From an uncultured delta proteobacterium (GTDB lineage: Bacteria; Desulfobacterota; Binatia; Binatales; Binataceae), in NCBI GenBank assembly GCA_963842085.1, contig CAWJET010000001.1, forward strand, positions 3,104,001-3,168,000: a stretch of DNA of 64,000 nucleotides, written 5' to 3'. Numbering within the stretch: position 1 is the first letter of the stretch; each line of letters starts with the position of its first letter. Positions 58,965 through 64,000 of this stretch are shown here, one piece after another. Made by a program: the position numbers and the translations under genes. The notes beneath the pieces were generated by a model. The model was not told the origin of the DNA. It saw nothing but the letters and a program-made list of their open reading frames with translations, and ran no database searches.

Positions 58965-59239
58965 TGAACAACGATTCGCTTTTCCTCGACGATGTGTTCC
59001 AGCGCGCGCAGGAAATGCTCGTAGTACTCGCCGTGATCCGAAGTGCCATCGCGGGCGCGGATTCGGTCTGACGCGCGGACTTCGGCAATCAGTCGATCGC
59101 GAAATTCATCCCAGGTGAAATGACCGGACTCTGAGAGTTTCAGCGCGATTGCAAATGCCCGCGCCTCCCAAGGCGCGCTGAAAACCTGGCCGGGGTCAAG
59201 GCGCGCTCCCTCGATCAAGTTGTCCAGCGCAGTGCTCAT
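58961..59239 (-). CDS. Nitrile hydratase accessory protein (P14K/NhhG-like)
   Basis: [11 protein letters not shown]...FTWDEF...YYEHFL.ALE. Confidence 0.9.
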   Translation of the reverse strand: MSTALDNLIEGARLDPGQVFSAPWEARAFAIALKLSESGHFTWDEFRDRLIAEVRASDRIRARDGTSDHGEYYEHFLRALEHIVEEKRIVVQ

Positions 59240-59841
59240 GCGTGCGGCGCGTCGACCTTCGCCACTCCGACCATCGAGTCCCGCGTCACGAGCGCGGCGA
59301 GGTCGTCCTCACTCATCCTCGCGGTTCCCTTTGGCCGCTGCGGAATGACGAGGTAGCGGATCTCCGCGCTCGAATCCCACACCCGTACTTCGACGTCGCT
59401 CGCCAGCTCGAGTCCGAAGTCCTTGAGCACGCCGCGCGGATCGCTGACAGCCCGCGAGCGGTAGGCGAAGCTCTTGTACCATACGGGCGGCAAGCCCAGC
59501 ACCGGCCACGGGTAGCATGAGCACAAAGTGCAGACGACCAGATTGTGGACGCGAGCGGTATTCTCGACGGCGACCAGATGGCCGCCTTCGGGACCTGCAT
59601 ACCCCAGTTCCGCCACGGCGGCGGTCGCGTCCGCCAGCAGGCGCTTGCGATACGCGGGATCGGTCCACGCCTTCGCGACGACGCGTGCGCCGTTGCGCGG
59701 ACCGACGCGGGTCTCGTAGGTGTCGACGATCGCGTCGATGGCGGCGGGATCGATCAGCCTCTTCTCCGTGAGCAGCGCTTCCAGAGCCTTCACGCGCGCG
59801 GCTGGTCCGGTGTCGTCGGTATTATGATGATCCCCGCTCAT
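59236..59841 (-). CDS. nthA: Cobalt-type nitrile hydratase alpha subunit
   Basis: [11 protein letters not shown] (Thr/Tyr indicate the Co type). Confidence 0.97.
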   Translation of the reverse strand: MSGDHHNTDDTGPAARVKALEALLTEKRLIDPAAIDAIVDTYETRVGPRNGARVVAKAWTDPAYRKRLLADATAAVAELGYAGPEGGHLVAVENTARVHNLVVCTLCSCYPWPVLGLPPVWYKSFAYRSRAVSDPRGVLKDFGLELASDVEVRVWDSSAEIRYLVIPQRPKGTARMSEDDLAALVTRDSMVGVAKVDAPHA

Positions 59842-59845
59842 CGTT

Positions 59846-60562
59846 TCACCTTCTACCCGGGCGGCGCGGTGTCTTGCGCTTCGAAGTTTTAGGCCTGGAT
59901 TTCGACGCGAGCGGTTCCAGGTAGTCTTCCCACAAATCTACATACACCCGCTCCCGGCTGTTCGCTTTCGCTGATTTGCCCCACAGCTCGCGCGCATCGA
60001 ACGAGACCGAATAGCAATGTTGCGGCTTGGTCCCGGCGTGATGAGCGTTGGTATCGGGGAAGACGAACACGCCCCAGTCGCGCGCGATGACGCCGGCTTT
60101 GCCGCGCACGTAACGCGGCAGACGCGTGTGTCCGGAAGGATTCAGATTGCGCGCGCGCACGCGATCGCCTTTGGCATAGCGGACGCGCGGCGGCTTCGCG
60201 CCGGGTTTCTCTCTGACGGGAGCCGGACCTCGCGTCGTGACCGCGTTCGCGATCAGACTCGGATCGATCGCCGAGTCTTCTTTCGCGAGCAGTCCTTCGC
60301 GCGTCACGACGCCATGCTCGACGAGCAAAGTCTCGATCGCCGCGAGCCATCGTTCGTAGTAACTCGATGCGAGGTATCGCGCGGGTGGAATCCGCTCGAT
60401 GGCGTGACGATGCTCGTCGATATTGAACCCCGCCGAGCCCACCACGAGGCTCGCCAGCGCATACATTCGCCCCTCCCAGGCGGCGTGAAAGACTGGCTCG
60501 TTCTGTTCGCGGAGGACCGGCCCGAAACCGTCCATCCCGCCCATGCCATGGACCCCGTTCAT
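59846..60562 (-). CDS. nthB: Nitrile hydratase beta subunit
   Basis: [35 protein letters not shown]. Confidence 0.96.
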   Translation of the reverse strand: MNGVHGMGGMDGFGPVLREQNEPVFHAAWEGRMYALASLVVGSAGFNIDEHRHAIERIPPARYLASSYYERWLAAIETLLVEHGVVTREGLLAKEDSAIDPSLIANAVTTRGPAPVREKPGAKPPRVRYAKGDRVRARNLNPSGHTRLPRYVRGKAGVIARDWGVFVFPDTNAHHAGTKPQHCYSVSFDARELWGKSAKANSRERVYVDLWEDYLEPLASKSRPKTSKRKTPRRPGRR

Positions 60563-60685
60563 CGCGGTGATTATCGTGGAGACTTGCCCATACGGGCAAG
60601 CGCGTTGCTGCGAATCGCGTCGCTGGGTGGTAATTTAGCTACTCTTGTGAAGTCTAGCATAGCTCTGATAGGCTCCAAACGACCG

Positions 60686-61231
60686 ATGGAAACTGATCGC
60701 CAATCACGTCAACCGCAAGTTGCATGGCCCTTCGATCTTCGGGTCTTCGCCGTCATGGCGGGGCTATGGGCGCTGTGTCTGGCGATTAGCGCGTTCGTCC
60801 GCATTGGCGACGTGGACGTGGTCGATCCAATCGAAACCATTTTCGCCGGGGTGCGATTCAACGGCGAAGACGCGCGCCTGGTGCTGATCGTCGAGGCGGG
60901 AATATTCGCAGCGATGGCGGTTGGAGTTTTTGCGCATCGCCGATGGGGTTTGTTGCTGGCGCTTTGCTACATGGCCCAGCTCGTGATGAGCCATCTCGCA
61001 TTTGCGATCGCGTACCTGCCAGTTCGATCGGAATGGATGAATGTGCGTGCGGCCGCGTCGCAGGGGCCGATGTTGGTGCTGATCACGCTGTTCCTTTGGA
61101 TTCGCGCGTACGATTTGATTTTCGATTCGCCGCCGGCGGATGCGCGCCCGCGGCCGGCATCCGACGCTGATCATCGGGCGGCGGTTTGCGCGGATTCCGG
61201 CGCCCGCGATGCCGCCGCTATGGCGAAGTGA
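60686..61231 (+). CDS. Hypothetical membrane protein
   Basis: Four hydrophobic segments; divergent from nthB. Confidence 0.65.
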   Translation: METDRQSRQPQVAWPFDLRVFAVMAGLWALCLAISAFVRIGDVDVVDPIETIFAGVRFNGEDARLVLIVEAGIFAAMAVGVFAHRRWGLLLALCYMAQLVMSHLAFAIAYLPVRSEWMNVRAAASQGPMLVLITLFLWIRAYDLIFDSPPADARPRPASDADHRAAVCADSGARDAAAMAK

Positions 61232-61327
61232 ATGTCCGATTTGTCGAAGGCTCTGCTAGAATTGCAATCGCTCAGTCGCATGTTGAGCGTTATGGTAATG
61301 CAGATGCCAGACCCTTCAGCAATAGAT

Positions 61328-62176
61328 TCACGGTTGGGTTGGGCCGTGCGTTTGCTGCAGCCTATCAATAAGGCTGTACACGGCTCCTATAGTGGCATGG
61401 CTTGTGCCGCGGTCGCACGCCGCCTTCCGTCGCTCTGACACGGCTGGATGAATGAGATTTCTGTAGTCCTTTGCGTCGAGGCAGCGGCCGTACAGTGGGT
61501 CGCCGATTTCTTTGAGGTCAGCGGCCACATGAACATAGTCGTGAAATCTCCAAGCGCTCGCGGTCAAATCGTCCGGTGGGGCGTTGCGACGCACACTCTT
61601 TGATTGGTCGACCGTCGCCAACGCCACGCTGATATCTGAAACCGAATGCTGTTGAAGCGTCCACAAAAGGAGCGCTTCGATGATGGACCCAGAGAGAACC
61701 GTGCATGCTTTCCAATCTCCGGCATTCAGCGCGCTCTCGGCAGAAGCCAGATCGATAAGAAGCGCCTCGCGTGATTCCGCATCAGAAATGAATGTCAGCC
61801 CCTTCGTCGATTTCGATGGCGCTTGATCCGGGCACGTCGAGAGAGCGTCCTTCACAAATACCAAGCAATCTTCTTGTTCTGACTGTCCGGGAACTACAAT
61901 CATCGGCCAATTAAATCTGTCCTCATGGTCTTTTCCCCGAGCGACGGCAACTTCCAGAGCTGCGATCGCCATAGTGAACAGCCCATACCTTACCGAGTCG
62001 AACGTAAGTAAATCTTCTGGAACTCCTTCGATCATTTTCAGGATGCCGGGCACGGCGTTCATGGCGTACCAACGCATCTCATTCTTCTTCGTTCCCTGAG
62101 CGCGCCAGTTGCCCCGAGTCCACGGAAACTGTCCTTCGATAACCTTCACCACATCGCTGGGCAAAACAGCACGCAT
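61328..62176 (-). CDS. HEPN/DUF4145-like domain protein
   Basis: AESAL...WKACTVLSGSIIEALL helix and DYRNLIHP (R-x3-H, HEPN-like); more AT-rich codons than its neighbours. Confidence 0.65.
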   Translation of the reverse strand: MRAVLPSDVVKVIEGQFPWTRGNWRAQGTKKNEMRWYAMNAVPGILKMIEGVPEDLLTFDSVRYGLFTMAIAALEVAVARGKDHEDRFNWPMIVVPGQSEQEDCLVFVKDALSTCPDQAPSKSTKGLTFISDAESREALLIDLASAESALNAGDWKACTVLSGSIIEALLLWTLQQHSVSDISVALATVDQSKSVRRNAPPDDLTASAWRFHDYVHVAADLKEIGDPLYGRCLDAKDYRNLIHPAVSERRKAACDRGTSHATIGAVYSLIDRLQQTHGPTQP

Positions 62177-62316
62177 TGATCTACCTCGCCCCAGTGGATA
62201 ACTCTGCGCTCTGAAACCATAGCAGATCCGTAATCCGCGGAGGCGCAGCCGCAGCCGACGTCAGATGCGAATCTTCGCGTCCTGACGCGGCCGCAATCGC
62301 GAATGAGTTTTCAGAA

Positions 62317-62393
62317 TGGTGGCGACGGTAGGAGTTGAACCTACGACACTGCGGATATGAGCCGCATGCTCTGGCCAGCTGAGCTACGTCGCC
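62317..62393 (-). tRNA. tRNA-Met(CAT), elongator type (Ile2 not excluded)
   Basis: ggcgacg...gcgg-ctCATat-ccgc...GTTCAACTC...cgtcgccACCA; paired G1-C72. Confidence 0.95.
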
Positions 62394-62460
62394 ACCGGGA
62401 ATCGTCAAATGTAGCGTGAGCGCGCAAGGCGCGAAAGACCGCAAACAACGAACAGTTCGT

Positions 62461-63180
62461 TCAGCGCAGCGGGATGCTGCGGGTTTTGACCGCGCGATGC
62501 CCGCGCTGGACCTGGTAGAGCACGCCCTCGTTGAACTCGACGCAGGTCAGCTTGCCGCCGTACACCAGGCCGGTGTCGATGCCCAGTTTATACGGCAGAT
62601 CGATCATCACGCCGCGCATCGGAGTATGGCCGAAGACGACGGTGGCGTCGATTTTGTGCGGATTGAAAATGAACTCCTGCCGAATCCACAGCATGTCCTC
62701 GGTCTGCTGCTCCTCGAGCTGGCGGGTCGGCATGATGCCGGCGTGGACGAACAGGTAGGGCGGTCGGAGGTAGCTGGTGGCGAGGCGATTGAGGAAGCCC
62801 AGGTGCGCGTCGGGCAGGCGCGCGAAGGCGTCCTCGAGGTCTTCCTCGTGCACGCCGTAGCTGTCGAGCGTCGCGATGCCGCCGTTGAACAGGAACGACT
62901 CGCCGTAATTTCCGGGCATGCCGAGGAACGACATCATCATGTCCTCGTGATTGCCCTTCAGGAACACGCATTCCGCATCGCCGCGTTCAAGGTCCAGCGC
63001 GAGCTCGATAACCTCGCGCGCCGACGGCCCGCGATCGACGTAATCGCCGACGAACACCACGGTGTCGCCGGCGGCGGGCGCGATCGTCTTGAGCATCGCG
63101 GCCAGTTCGTCGGGGCATCCATGGATGTCGCCGATAGCGAACAGGCGTCCTTCGGTCTTCGATTTTTTGTTGGCGGTCAT
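62461..63180 (-). CDS. Calcineurin-like metallophosphoesterase (Ser/Thr phosphatase family)
   Basis: GDIHG, GDYVDRG, KGNHE, HAG, GHTP, IDTG. Confidence 0.93.
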   Translation of the reverse strand: MTANKKSKTEGRLFAIGDIHGCPDELAAMLKTIAPAAGDTVVFVGDYVDRGPSAREVIELALDLERGDAECVFLKGNHEDMMMSFLGMPGNYGESFLFNGGIATLDSYGVHEEDLEDAFARLPDAHLGFLNRLATSYLRPPYLFVHAGIMPTRQLEEQQTEDMLWIRQEFIFNPHKIDATVVFGHTPMRGVMIDLPYKLGIDTGLVYGGKLTCVEFNEGVLYQVQRGHRAVKTRSIPLR

Positions 63181-63198
63181 GGAGACGCGAGGTTGATG

Positions 63199-64000
63199 TC
63201 AGTCGGCGCCCGGCTTCGAGCTGCCGTTGTGGAGCAAATCGAGCAACGACTTGCGGTCTTCAATAATACGACGTGCGGCGCTGTAAGGATTCAGCTTGCC
63301 CGCGCGAACTTCGCCGAGCACGCCCGGCGCGCCGCCGTCGGCGACGGCGCGAGCGGCGCGCTCCTCGAGTTCCGCGGACAGCACTTCGACGAACTCGCGG
63401 GTGCGGCGCTCGGACTCGCGCGCCGCGTCGACATGCTCGCGCAAGTACGCGCCGTGCCTGGCGATCGCGGCGACCGCCGCGTCAACGCCTTTGTCGATCG
63501 CGGCTTGCGTCAGCAGCACCGGCGGACGCCATCCGCCGCCCGAGCGCAGGTGCACGCTGAGTTCCAGCTCGGCCTTGACCCGGTCGGCGCCTTCGCGGTC
63601 GGCCTTGTTGACGACGAAGATGTCGGCGATTTCGTTCAACCCGGCCTTCATCGCCTGCACGCCGTCGCCGGCCTCGGGCACGGTAACGACCACCGTGGTG
63701 TCGGCCAGATCCATGATCGAAAGTTCGGTCTGTCCCACGCCGACGGTCTCGATGATTATGACGTCGGAGCCGTAAGCGTCGAGCAGTTTGACGATTTCGC
63801 GCGCGGCGCGGCTGAGTCCGCCGTGGCTGCCGCGCGATGCGAGGCTGCGGATGTATACGCCGGTGTCCTTGTAATGGTCGGTCATGCGGACGCGATCGCC
63901 GAGCACGGCGCCGCCGGAAAACGGGCTCGACGGGTCGATCGCGAGAATGGCGATGGTTTTTCCGAGCGCGCGATACTTCGCAATCAAGCGATTGACCAGC
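63199..64000 (-). CDS. meaB: Methylmalonyl-CoA mutase GTPase chaperone MeaB/ArgK (5' end outside the window)
   Basis: IDPSSPFSGGAVLGDRVRM, ETVGVGQ, NKAD. Confidence 0.93.
   Translation of the reverse strand, partial: LVNRLIAKYRALGKTIAILAIDPSSPFSGGAVLGDRVRMTDHYKDTGVYIRSLASRGSHGGLSRAAREIVKLLDAYGSDVIIIETVGVGQTELSIMDLADTTVVVTVPEAGDGVQAMKAGLNEIADIFVVNKADREGADRVKAELELSVHLRSGGGWRPPVLLTQAAIDKGVDAAVAAIARHGAYLREHVDAARESERRTREFVEVLSAELEERAARAVADGGAPGVLGEVRAGKLNPYSAARRIIEDRKSLLDLLHNGSSKPGAD

Overview
GC-rich bacterial chromosomal window. The gene content is compatible with a Binatota/deltaproteobacteria-like soil organism (inference). It is mostly housekeeping and metabolic: hemB (partial), lon, glgA, rnhA, a GH1 glucosidase, trxB, moaC, an rRNA methyltransferase, a YCF48-MMPL pair, ABC exporters, an rng-HNH-smc-ftsY-zapB-zapA-(6S)-ygfA-rny block, def, Gld-like ABC genes, a cobalt-type nitrile hydratase operon and meaB (partial). 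There are three intact tRNAs (Gln-CTG, Glu-CTC, Met-CAT). I found no CRISPR array, intact integrase or transposase. The structure not explained by the ORFs is: (1) a 1.02-kb SDR insert bounded by a perfect 47-bp duplication of the glgA 3' end and carrying a degenerate tRNA-fMet 3' half near its left end; (2) a sigma54 promoter with IHF site and enhancer-like palindrome driving two tandem paralogous ~58-aa membrane peptides; (3) a dispersed ~95-bp REP/REPIN-like family beside accessory genes; (4) a decayed island at tRNA-Glu whose large GT-C-like gene is cut by a solo transposon-like end; (5) tandem NrdR-like boxes before smc; (6) a MarR/methyltransferase deletion scar and a 1-bp frameshift in a double thioesterase; (7) an AT-shifted synonymous patch in the MMPL gene; (8) a HEPN-like orphan at tRNA-Met. 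All calls were made by eye; no searches were run.
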